A stretch of DNA of 63,998 nt, counting the filler, from Collodictyon triciliatum (lineage: Eukaryota): assembly GCA_043381765.1 (NCBI GenBank). It is 5 parts of 5 records of this genome, joined end to end, with 100 filler letters (N's around TTAATTAATTAA, not from the genome) between each part and the next. Parts side by side here need not be neighbours in the genome. Positions count along the whole stretch, not along the records: positions 27,321 to 40,877 come from JBHJMP010001966.1; 4 more parts are not named here. One strand, given 5' to 3'. A model generated the notes under the pieces. The model was given only the letters and a program-made list of their open reading frames with translations, made no database searches and was not told the origin of the DNA. This document shows, in pieces, positions 27,481 to 39,700 of the stretch. Positions within the stretch are counted from its first letter, which is position 1. Each line of letters starts with the position of its first letter. The translations under genes were made by a program, and so were the position numbers.

Positions 27481-28823
27481 ATGAACGATGCAGCGAGAGT
27501 GTCTGAGTTTTTTAAGCTTCTCGGTGTGGATGAATCGTGCACCGATGAGGAGATAAGGAAGGCCTACCTTACTGTCGCCAGAAAAACTCATCCTGGTGAG
27601 TATGTTGTTCGCTTCAGTAGATATGTCTCTGCCTCTGTCTTTGCCTCTGGGCAATATCTTTCCCTTCGCATATGTGCTCTCTCAACACTCCAAAAGGAAT
27701 TAAAAATTATGATGAAATATTAATGTAAGTCGACACATATGCTGAACTTCCTTTTTTTTTGTTTTCTTTTATTTTGCTTTATTTCACCGTTTCACTTTAC
27801 TTCACTTTATTATATATTATTTTAATTAATACTGCGCATCGACTTGTTGGTCTAGATTGTGGAACAAATGTGTATTCTATTTTCTCTTTTCAATACAGAC
27901 AAAGGCGGAGATGAAGCTGAGTTCAAAAAGGTCCAGAAAGCATACGAAATCCTCTCTGATCCTATGCAAAGGCGGCTTCACGGCTTAGATGGATCAGGAT
28001 TCGGCCCCGATAGACCAGCAACTCCTGATGTCGATATCGATGTTTTGATTCTTCTCCAAAGACTCAATCGGGTAAGTTTCTGTAACTATATATATATATT
28101 TAAAAAACAAAACAAGAGAAAGCGATACATTTCAAATTCGTGTACGATAACACGTATTTATGTATTTATATATATCAACAGTTTGTCAATCGCAACACAG
28201 CAAATATCCCTCGCGACCCTAATCTTTCGAGCTACGCAGTCCCATCTGAAAGGCGCAAGTATTTCGGTAGATTAACCAATAATATGTATCACACTCTGCG
28301 AGACTGCGAAGCGATGGGAGGTGTTTCAGTGAATCTCTCGTCTCACGAAGTTGCCAGTCGAACTCCATGCGGGGTGTGTGTCGGAAGCAAGTCATCTGAA
28401 AGTTCAGGATTGAACTTTTTCTCGACCACATCAACTTCATCAGTGTTTACACGGCATGGACTTTCATCAACAGACACAAATCCTACTTCCACACCACATA
28501 GGAAGGAAACATTCTTGGAGGCATCTCTATCTAATATACCTCAGTCGCAATCTTTGCAATCTCCTGTCATCCTTCGGGCCCCTTCTCAATCGCAGCCGGG
28601 CCTCTATTTTGTGCCAACTCCCTCAAAACCCTCGTCGGAAAAGAAGACAAAGTATGCATACTACGCAGAAATGAGTCGCAAAAAATTTCACAATAATCCG
28701 GCTTGCTGGGCTCTCAACAATGCCAAGCAGTTTGGTGCCCACGTTACAGAGTTGGACAGTGTCCCACGGAAGGAAGATGGGTGGTTTTACTGTGACATCT
28801 GTCGAATGGATTCCCACAACTGA
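27481..28823 (+). CDS. J-domain (type III DnaJ) protein with two H-x4-C...C-x2-C putative zinc modules; 3 exons
   Basis: FFKLLGVDESCTDEEIRKAYLTVARKTHP|D (intron 27596-27898 restores HPD), then KGGDEAEFKKVQKAYEILSDP. The last exon carries YHTLRDC..CGVC and FHNNPAC..CDIC. Confidence 0.88.
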
Positions 28824-29039
28824 ACTCAATAAGATACCTATTGCTGTGACACTTTCCTCGAAAAAACAAAATCTTGTCTCCATGACCAAAAGGCCATTTA
28901 AACTCACTTTTGCGTTGCCCAGCTTATCCTTTACAAACCAAGTTATTTTCCCCCTTTCAGTCTCTATTCACATATTTTAATTCGTTTCGGACACATACAT
29001 ACATTTTAATAAAATAAAATAAAATGATGGGCGGACGAT

Positions 29040-30355
29040 ATGAAAAAGGAGAGAAAGTATTCTTATACACGGACTATTCTACTCGAGGTGATTCAGCTCC
29101 AACGCGGTTTCTGGTTGTGTTCGAGACTGACAGAAGAGCGGATAAAGTTGTCGGGTCGATGAAAGTACGCACATAGCAGTTACTTCTCAAATCGATTCCG
29201 ACGAGTCCTTTCAACCATCTATCTCAGACAAGATTTACATCCTATTTCATTCCACAGGATGAGTTTTTTGAGGAGACAACGGGTCACTTTCCTTGCGTTT
29301 CTTGCTGGGATATTCAGACAAAAAGCGATACATCGTTGTTTGTCTGGTATTATCGGAAGTGGTGCTTGGCCGTCTCATGGTTTTGAGACCATGCGTAGCC
29401 GGCAGTGGACTTTGCTTGACCGGAGAATGAATATGCGTTTGTGGTTTTAGAAGCATACGCTCCTGCTTGCTCGGGCTGTCTTTGGTGTGTGAAGTTCCAA
29501 GCTTGGATTCGACTTGTGCTGTTTGCTCTTGCTTCCTTGGTTCTTGGTGCGACAGGCTGGGGTAGGATAAACGGACTATCTTTGGTGGGCGCTGGTTCTT
29601 GTGTTGCCTTCGCTTTGGGGTATCCTTTCGGATAAGTAACGAAGACTGCCTTGATGCCTTCTATGTTAACCATATTCACGTCAGTCTGAATGGGTAGTTT
29701 AAGGGGGATTTCTTTCGGGGTTTGGAGATGCGCTGCTCTTGGGTCTTGCGATGTGCGGGCTTGTCCGGTGTTGGCGGTGGATGGCTCGAGTGCGAGGATT
29801 CTGAAGAGGAACCGAGATTTCCTTCCATGTCATCGCCGCTGTCGCTGTATGCGCGTATCTGCTGTGAGTCTTGTGGGCTCAGTTGTTGCCTGGCCTTGGC
29901 TTCCTTGACCCCGTTGCTGCTTGTCTGCTTGGCAGGTGTATTCTTTTGCGGGGCTTTTACTTGTCGTTCGTTGTTCGCGGCTGTCGGGTGCTCTTTGAGG
30001 ACGCTTTGGACACTTTTTGCCCATGACCGTAAACTTTACAGGGAGCTGGTTCTTATGACAAAGAAGCTTCACTACGGCCGTGTCTGTAAAGAAGCCTTTG
30101 TCCCTTTTGATATCCACATGGGTCGGTCTGAACGGCTTCAGCTCCTCGCGAAGGAGTTGCGGCCACACGTCCAGCGGTAGTTGGTAGATCATCACCGAGG
30201 TCTCTGTTGGTTTACATCTGCTGAAACTGGTCGTAATGTCGCTCAAACTTACCTGCCTCAGCTCCAGAAGCTTTCGGGCGTTTTCTGCGGTGCGGAAGGC
30301 AATCAGCCAAAGGCCTTCGCTGTCTGTTAAGCGCAATTGGATGGGCTCCTCCATC
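29040..30355 (-). mobile_element. Decayed LINE-like retrotransposon, copy C (ORF1)
   Basis: EEPIQLRLTDSEGLWLIAFRTAE..VMIYQLPLDVWPQLLREELKPF..TDTAVVKL..SKKRKESDPLSPQKTHPVE*; homologous to copies A and B. Confidence 0.7.
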
Positions 30356-30400
30356 GCTATGACATATAATTTCACAATACGCAGGCGACGCCCTTTCTTA

Positions 30401-30531
30401 AAAAAGACAAAGACAAAGACAAAGACAAAGACAAAGACAAAGACAAAGACAAAGACAAAGACAAAGACAAAGACAAAGACAAAGACAAAGACAAAGACAA
30501 AGACAAAGACAAAGACAAAGACAAAGAAAAA

Positions 30532-30594
<63 letters not shown>
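30401..30594. repeat. (AAAGAC)n followed by (AAAT)n microsatellites
   Basis: Read directly. Confidence 0.95.
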
Positions 30595-30595
<1 letters not shown>

Positions 30596-30776
30596 ATTTT
30601 CAATATTTACATATTTCTCGTCATTTTTTTATTTTTAGTGGCGCATCTTTCTGGGGAGAAAGCACTTCAGTCTGCTTAGAAAAACCCTCAAGGATTCCCA
30701 AATCTAAAATAAATGTTTTTTTTTTTAACACAGAATGCATTTCTACCAAATATTTAGACAAGTAACCTTACTTTCG

Positions 30777-33700
30777 TTAAGGTTTAATTCTCTTCCTCCA
30801 CTCAGATGCGTGGTTAGTGTCCCTCTCAGCACCCCAACCATTTTCATAGCATTCAGCGACGATACAAACTGCTTGTGGATATTTGTACTTTTCTCCAATT
30901 TTTTGTCCCCATTTATTCAATTCATCCTCCTTTATTTCAGTCATTTCTTTCAAAACACTGAATGCCTCCTTTGAACCTTGCTGTGCAATTTGCATCAAAC
31001 CGTCGAAATCTAGTATAGACTTTAAGGGAATAATTATCCCCCAGTAATGTGCTTTCTTTCTATCACTCTCAACACCCCATCCATTTTCATAGCAATCAGC
31101 CATCAGTTTTGCTTGAAATTTTGTGAACTGACCTTGTTCACAATATGAAGCAAAGTCCAAATCAAAAGAAGCAGCACCAATTGAAAGTAGGAGGTATTTG
31201 TTGAATTGACTCAACCCAATGACATTTCTGATTTGAATATTTCCTCCTTCCAACTTTCTAGGGCCCTTGATATGGACAGTCCTCATATCTTGGGTAGCTT
31301 TCGTGTCATTAAGGCTCGTACCACCCGTATCTCTGCCCAACACTGCGACGTTTTCTTCAGCTATCATATTCTTGATGAAGTACTTCCCTTGGATGTATCT
31401 CAATTCTGGTTTACGCAAACTGTGTATTTGATTTCGCGTGGCCACATTCCAAATTCGTATAATATTATCATCACTTCCAGAAGCCAACCAGTTTTCACCA
31501 TTCGGTCCTTGAACACAGCAAACACTGGTGATAGAATCTTCATGTCCTTTCAGTATTTCGACTTGATTATTTGTGACTAAATCCCAAAAACGAATTGTTT
31601 TATCTTCACTTCCGGAGGCCAACCAGTTTTCACCATTCGGTCCCTGAATACGACAAAGGCTATTGACTCCTCTTGTATGTCCTTTCAATGAATCGATTAT
31701 GTTTCCTGTAGCCATATCCCAAATACATATAGTTTTATCTTCGCTTCCGGAAGCTAGCCAGTTTTCACCTTTTGGCCCTTGAATACTGCAAACACTTTTT
31801 ACCGTGCTTTTATGAACTTTCCATGTTTGGATTTGATTTCCTGTGGCTACATCCCAAATGCGAATAGTATTATCTTGACTTCCAGAAGCCAGCCAATATT
31901 CACCATTCGGTCCTTGAATGCTGCAAACGCTGGCAATATAGTTTGTATGACCATCTAATGTTTTAATTTGATTCCCAGAATCGATATCCCAAATACGTAT
32001 TGTTTCATCACGACCTCCAGAAGCCAACCAATTTTCACCATTTGGTCCTTGAATGCTGCAAACACAAAAGATAATATCTGTATGACCCACTAGTTTTTTA
32101 ATTTGGTTTCCTGTGACTACATCCCAAATACCCAATGTTTTATCTTGACATCCAGATACCAGCCACCTCTCACCGTTTGGCCTTTGGACATTGCAAACAC
32201 TCATTATAGGTCCGACGTGGTCTACTAATTTTTTTGTCAGAGTCCCAGAGGCTAAGTTCCAAACATGAACAGTTTTATCATGACTTCCAGAAGCCAACCA
32301 GGTTTCACCATTCGGTCCTTGTATACTGCAAACACTATTGATATAGCCCAGATGGCCCTCTAGTTTACCATGAACCAATCCCAATTTCACATTATTCATA
32401 TTTGTATTATCAAAAACACAACCACCAAGCATCGAGTCAGTAAAATCAACCCCACTCAAGTTGGCACCAGTGAAGTTTGCACCATCAAGAATTGAATTAC
32501 TGAGATTCGCGTGAGGAATTTGGATGTTTGATAAATCCATTCCGTCAAACGAAACATTCATGAAATTCAAAAGTGTGATAGCATCAGATGCAGCCTTTGA
32601 TTTGCTCTCATCATTTTTTGACATGTAGACAATTCTGAATAATGATGAAATTATTTGATCACGATTCCACTCTCTATCCAGTAGAACATCATCAAGAGTT
32701 TCACTGATGAATTCCTTGACTCTTGTAAACTCAACAGGCTCCTTAATACTTCCGATCTCCTTTGAGTGGAGAGTTAAGTATTCGCACGAGTTTAATGTTC
32801 TCTCGTGAACCCATCCGAGTTTTCCAGCAAATCTGTCTCTCATCTCAGTCCAGAATGTAAGGGCACTTTCATGCAGCTTGTTCTCTTTGCAGTACTGGTG
32901 CACACTCTCACAAGCCACCCAGCAGTCCCAGTTTTGATAGGATGACTTTTCACCATGTCTAACTGCAGCCGTCTTGTAAACTTGAATCACAGCCTCATCT
33001 TTCTTCGCTTCTCTTAATAATCGAACGAGTTTGTCAATCTGTTGCATATCATACAGTAGCATAGCGGTTTTTGTTTCCTTCCTGGTGGCAGCTGTCCTCT
33101 CAAAGTGCTCAACAACTTGGTCCAATCTTAATTCGTAAAAGCTAATCAATAACAAATCACCGATATTTTCTAAAGATTTTTCTTTCTAAAAATTGAAATA
33201 TATAAATTTTACCTTTTTAGCTCAAAGTTTGTTTTCCCGATATACTCTGCAAAGCCTGACCTCTCAATATCTGAATCTTCGAAATATTTCATATCAGCAT
33301 CGAAATGTTCAACGTGCTTTTTGTAATGAAGCAGGAATGTATTTGAAAGCTTTGTACTGTGATGTGCCCAGCCAAGTTTGTTCGTAAATTTGTCTCTTAC
33401 AGCAACCCAAAATGCCATGCCTTCATTATACAACTTGTATTTGGTGAAGTATGTGTGGGCATTTTCACAAGACGCCCAACAATACCAATTATCATAGGAT
33501 GATTTTTCACCGTACCTAACGAAGGCAGTTTTGTAGAGTTGGATATTTACTTCATGTTCATTCATTTTTGTTGTGTAATTCATGATTTTGTCTATTTGAT
33601 CTGTGTTATCTAGTGACATAATGGTATTTGTTTGCTTTCGGATGAGAGCAGCTAAATGTAAGTACTCGATGACTTGGTCGAACCTGAATGCATAAAAATG

Positions 33701-36700
33701 AATTAACAAAGGGTTGACTCTCTTTGAATCGAATAAAGGAGAAAAAAAAAACAAAGGGTTGACTCTATTTTTTTTTAATTGTCATTATGATAAAATTATT
33801 AGGCATTTAAATTCTTAATATGAACCTTTTCAATTCAAAGTTTATTCTTCCAACATTCTCGAGAGATGTTGCGTAATCGACATGCTTTTCACCCAGTGTC
33901 CTTTTGCGAATATCCATAGTCTTTGTATAGGCATCCAAGGCATACTTGAAACTAAAGATACCAAGCAAATATTTATATCGAACAAAGGAAAATGATATAG
34001 TGAGGATTATTTTCTCTTAAATTACAAAAGAATTTTTTTTAATGGAATCATTAATATTTATTATGAACTACTCTTTCATATTATGGCTGACATCTCCTAT
34101 CATTTCATAGCACGCTACAACTTTCGGATGATTTTCTCCAAAATTAGATAATAAAATGTCCAGTGATTGTTTGAATGATGATAAAGCCTCGTGTTTCCTA
34201 TGACATTAGATGATTGAATAGACAAAAACATATCCAATATTATTGCATAATGCTTTTACGTATCCTTTCTAACCTATCACTAGCAAAGTAAACATTTGCG
34301 ATAAACTGCATAGTTGATGCAATAGATGCGTGCTTAGGACCCATCGACTTTTCTAGGATTGATTGTGCTCGGTGGTACATCTCGATAGAATTCCTATACC
34401 TAAAGTACCCTACTTATTAGCTATCCCAATATATTCCTTGGATTTTACAAAAGAAAAAATGGTGAAAATATGGGAGACCTGTGCTCACTTTTTCTCAGCC
34501 AAAAGTACATGCCCATAGTTTTGATACGATGTTGAGACAAGAGGGTGCTCCTTTCCCAATTTCTTTTGGCGAATTTCCATAGACTTTTTGTATTTGATCA
34601 TAGCCTGGTCGATTCTGAGATAAATTTATATCAGAAATGATTACTTTTTCATAAAAATGGAGAGGGTCAGAATAGACAAATTAAAATACGCTCAAGAGTT
34701 ACTTTGACTGTTTCACATAGATATCTCCGAAGCGGTCATACGATTGCGCGACTTGCAAATCGTTTTCGCCCAGCTGTTTAATTCTCAAGTCTAATGATTG
34801 TGTATATTCATCGAGAGCATCTTCAATTCTAAATAAAAAAAAAAGACAGTATTTTAGTTGAGGATTATAAGGTTACAAAAGGGTGAGCACTCACCTATCC
34901 TGTTGCTGGTAAATATACCCTATTTCCTCATGGATTGTGGCGACACTCAATAAACAATTTTCAATTTTCTCAATAGAGTTGAGGCATTTTTTGTAATGAA
35001 CCATGGATTCAGTCCAGCTGTTTTTTTTTTTTTTATCATATTAGTAAATTTAATCCGGATATTTTAGACAAAGGTGCATTTTTGTCTCCATTACGATAAT
35101 TATATATATATTTTTTTTACTTTTGAAGATTCTTGTAGACACGGCCAAGGTTCAGGTAATCAGCAACTTTGGATTCTATATATTGGTTTGCATTTAATTG
35201 AAAAATTCAATTATTTAATCCTTTATTCTGTTCTATGTACTTGCTTTTTTATTTTGTCGGATTACAGAACCATTAAACTACCTTCTGTTTGATATCTCCC
35301 GAGACGCATGTTAAGAACAGAGAGCAAGAATGAGTTCTCAAACGACTCCAGGAAAAATTCGACGAGTAAGTTCCCCACGTTATCGAGGGACTGAAAAAAA
35401 ATTCATTAGATCAAAGAAGTCAATTATTTGATTTTGAACCAAGAAACATTTTCCTATGAGTGATATTTATGTACATTAACTAGAGTCTTGTAAACTTCCT
35501 TGTAGTTTGCCACTCCACTCTCGTGGATTGCCCTCCAGCATGAAAAGAATTCATAGCGATATCGCCCACCGAGCATGATACTGATGACCTGTGAATATAT
35601 TTCTGTCAATAAAAATCTTAAAGTGGAATTAATCATTTATTGAGTAAAACTGTTATTATGATAGAAAAATCTTTACATGATTCTGCTTCATATATTCTAC
35701 GAGCAATTCAAATGAATTTCCTTTTAAAAGTTGATAGCATATTTCGGCAGCGAGTTCCTCATCCACCTCAACGATCTCCAGATATTGACCAAAGAGCCAT
35801 TTCCCGTAATTATGATGAGATTTTATAACATCATGGCTTTCAGAGAAGTAGACCCTTTCAGTCGTCTCCAAAAGTAGATGATGGAAGAACATGTATCTAT
35901 TTTATTATTGTTAGGCTGATTAAATCATGTTATTACGATCTAAATAATTTAAGAATGATTTAAGTTATTGTAAAAATTCTTTTTAAAAAATGTAACCTTC
36001 CGTTGCGAACGAAAAGCGAATCAACGAGAGTAAAGAAGAAGGTTTTCCTGAGAAATATCACGTTCATATAATTATTAGAATCGCAGTATTCGATAAAAAA
36101 AAAAAAAAAAAAAAAAAAAAANNNNNNNNNNNNNNNNNNNNNNNNNNNNNNNNNNNNNNNNNNNNNNNNNNNNNNNNNNNNNNNNNNNNNNNNNNNNNNN
36201 NNNNNNNNNNNNNNAAAAAAAAAAAACGGGAATCATAAGAACGAAAAAAATTCATAATCTTCTCTCAAATTCGAGTCATAAATAGGAGTTGGTCACGGCT
36301 TACTAGCTAATTAAATATTATGATAATTATGAAATAAAAATACCATTCAGCAAGCTCGAATCCTGTGCCGATTGTGTCCTTCATGTACCTGTCCAAATCA
36401 CTTTCGCTCAGGCCGATACGGGAGACAAACAAAACTTTCATTGAATTCGAGACATAATCGAGATCTGATAATTAAAGTGTGACAAAATTAACAGATCGAC
36501 TTCAGAATTTCAATATAAGGATGTTTTTTTTTTTAAAAAAAAAAAAATTCACCTCCTCTGTCATATTTCTTGCGCCAGCGTTGAATAATCAAGGTATATA
36601 GCTCAACTACACCTTTTGTCGAGAGCAATGTCCCTAATTCGTCATCAAGTTTTTCATAAACTCCGAAAACCCTGATTTCATCCAGAATTATGCGAAGGTA

Positions 36701-39700
36701 GAGCGGGTGGCCTAAAATAAGTTTGTGAAATTCATACTATGAATTCATCCATGTCAGAACTTATTAAAAAAATATGCATTTACTAGAAAAAATAATGCTC
36801 CACCAGTGTCTTTCAGGTCATCAAGAATCATCCCAACTTGCTTTTCGTTTAGAGTCTTGTCGTAACGAGTAAGGAATGATTCGACACCATCTTCGACTTC
36901 AACCTCAGTCAACTTGGCGACAGGAATGGATTCCAAACCACTTTGCTCAGCAGACTTACCATAAATTAATGAATTTCGAATTCAATTATATAATTTAAAA
37001 AAACTTCAAATTTAAAAGTAAACTCCTCTTCTATCAGTTATTTTTAATTAGAACTTAAATGGTATGAATAAATGCCTTGAAAGCTTCATGCGTGTCAATG
37101 GTCGACACAACTATGGCAGTATTAAGTGGCGTTTCTTTGGGCAACCAGGTTAGCAGGTGAGGGGCTGGTGTTCCTTGCGACGGATGGATTTGGTTGATGG
37201 CGTCGATGAGGAAGACAAACTTCTCGTCTCTTAAAAAAACAATATTTAATGATAATAATGACTAACAGAAAAATTGCGAAACCACGAAATGATAAAAATA
37301 TTACTTATTCATCTCCTGAATCATTTTCAGTAAGCCTTGGAGCCCATCTTTTTCGTAATCTGGCGGCACCATAAAGTAAACATATACAATGATTTTTTTT
37401 TGTTATCGCTTTCACTTCGTGCAAGGTGGTGTACATAATGATATTTTATTTCAAATTAAAAATAAAAAATCGAATAAATTAAATAAGAATGTATTTACCG
37501 GTTTCTTGCTTGCTTCGCCCAAAAAAGCTGGCGGATTTTGTGACTAAAGTCCAGAAGCGAATCGAAATACTACATAAAAAATCTTTTGAATAAGAATGCA
37601 TTTAATAATAAAACCATTTTTAAATCAGAAATTGATAAAAGTAACCTTTCCACGTAGTTGCTGAGGTTGGTGCATCCGACAAAATGGAAAAAGACACTCA
37701 GTCCAGGATATTTCAGCCCTTCGAGGTTTCTCGCTGTAGCAGCGATGAGCGACGACTTTCCAATCCCAGACTCAGCAGCAAGAACGATGATTTTGGACTT
37801 GTCCATATTAAGCTGGTTCAAGGCCTGATAAAAAAGTATGAGATTTTATAAATTAAGAAAGCAACAAGAAATATATAAGAATTTAATTGATTTTTTTATC
37901 AGCTTACTTGCTCCGTGATTGTCTTGAGAAGCTCCTTTCTTCCGCCAAACCCAGCCAGTCGATGCATCTTGAACTGGTGCTGTGCTTGGTCTTCAGGATC
38001 TCTCACCTAGGTTATAGTTATGACAACAAATGTAAATGAAACATATAACACCAATCAATTTAGATATCTATAAAACCAATTAAATAAAAAAAATAATACA
38101 ATTTGATTCCCAAAGTCACGCTCGATGGCGTAGGTTAGATGGTATGTCACAAAGTCTGAATACTCCTTCGCTCCTTTGTAGATAACATGTCCGAACTTTG
38201 CCTTTACTTTTCCTTTAAGTTCCTCTTGCCTCATGCGCTAAAAAAACATAAACATAAACATAAACATAAACATAAACATAAACATAAACATAAACATAAA
38301 CATAAACATAAACATAAACATAAACATAAACATAAACATAAACATAAACATAAACATAAACATAAACATAAACATAAACATAAACATAAACATAAACATA
38401 AACATAAACATAAACAAAGAAATATCCAAAAAAATATACAGCCTCTTCGCTTTCATCTTGGAAAAGCTTTCTCTCTTCCTCGCTCTTGGCATGTTGGACA
38501 GCATAATGCTCATCACGGAGGTAAAAGAAGGCGCGGCTGCATGCTGGTTTGTCAATCAGACAGGCGTGTTGAATCTGAACATGTATTATCATCAATAATG
38601 ATTTTTCAATTACTTTCACTATTATTCATGAGAAAATACAGAATATAATGTAGAAATTCGCTTCACCTCGTATTCAGTCACACTCAGCCCAGGCATTTCG
38701 TTGATGAAAGGAAAGCGACTATTGGTTTCACTGCGCCATTCTACCCAAATATCCTTCATGGTAGCATCAGGCTTTGTTTTCAGCAGCTCCTGAAGGCGGG
38801 CTTGTTTGTTCAGCTCGGTTTTGCTTCGGTCAGGAATCCAGCCGTAGCGCGCACCGAGAGAGCACACAAAATATGGGCATTTTCCGATGGAGTCCAGACA
38901 ACGAATCACAACCTAATAAATAATGGAAAAGTGAGATTTATTATTCTATAAAAAGGAAAATATCATAAAATTATCGAATATATCATGTTAATAATATTGT
39001 GATTACCCATCCCTCACTACTGTCTTCAGAGGTTAATCCCCAGCGCAAATCGATAAAGACAAGGTCCACTCCCAATGATTTCGCAAGCCTTTTCAATCTG
39101 TGATGAAGATAATAATATTGTTCATGATATAAATAGAGGTATCATATCACATAATAACATAAATTAAGAAAATAAATAGGTCAATTCACTCAGGGGCTCC
39201 GTTCTTGAAAAACTCGTCTCTTTCACGCTGCATATCACGGAAAGTGGAGGAAAGGAAAACACGGATGACACGCTCGTCAAATACGATAAGCGGCAATGGT
39301 GTCGAGGTCACGTATCTTTGTGGAGCCGGATTCCATTTCTTGTATTGCCTCTCCTTCAGGTCTTCACGAGCGAGCTTCATCTGATTTGGAAATGCGTTTA
39401 TAAAAAAAACTGAACAAATTAGTTTATTTTCAATCTTTTGTTTTAAGCGATTTCTTACCTTGTCAAGAAGAATGCAAGTGCGGATGAGCACGACAGAGCC
39501 TTTTTCTTCCAGACCAAGGCCTGCATCAATATTTAAATTTCAAAAATCAATTTATGGACATGATTTAGCATTATTCTATTCATAATAAATAAAAAATAAA
39601 AGGTTTTCTAACCATGAAATGGAAACGGGGCCTTCGCTCTTTCGTAGAGTTTCCTGGCAATATCAAACCTCTCGCGACATTTTTTCTAAAATGTGAATTA

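Noticed and set aside
38187-38648. Poly-HK, poly-VY and poly-FM ORFs, and similar ORFs at 6-215, 582-926, 24640-25002 and 30236-30603
   Set aside because: Translations of microsatellites, mostly intronic or intergenic.
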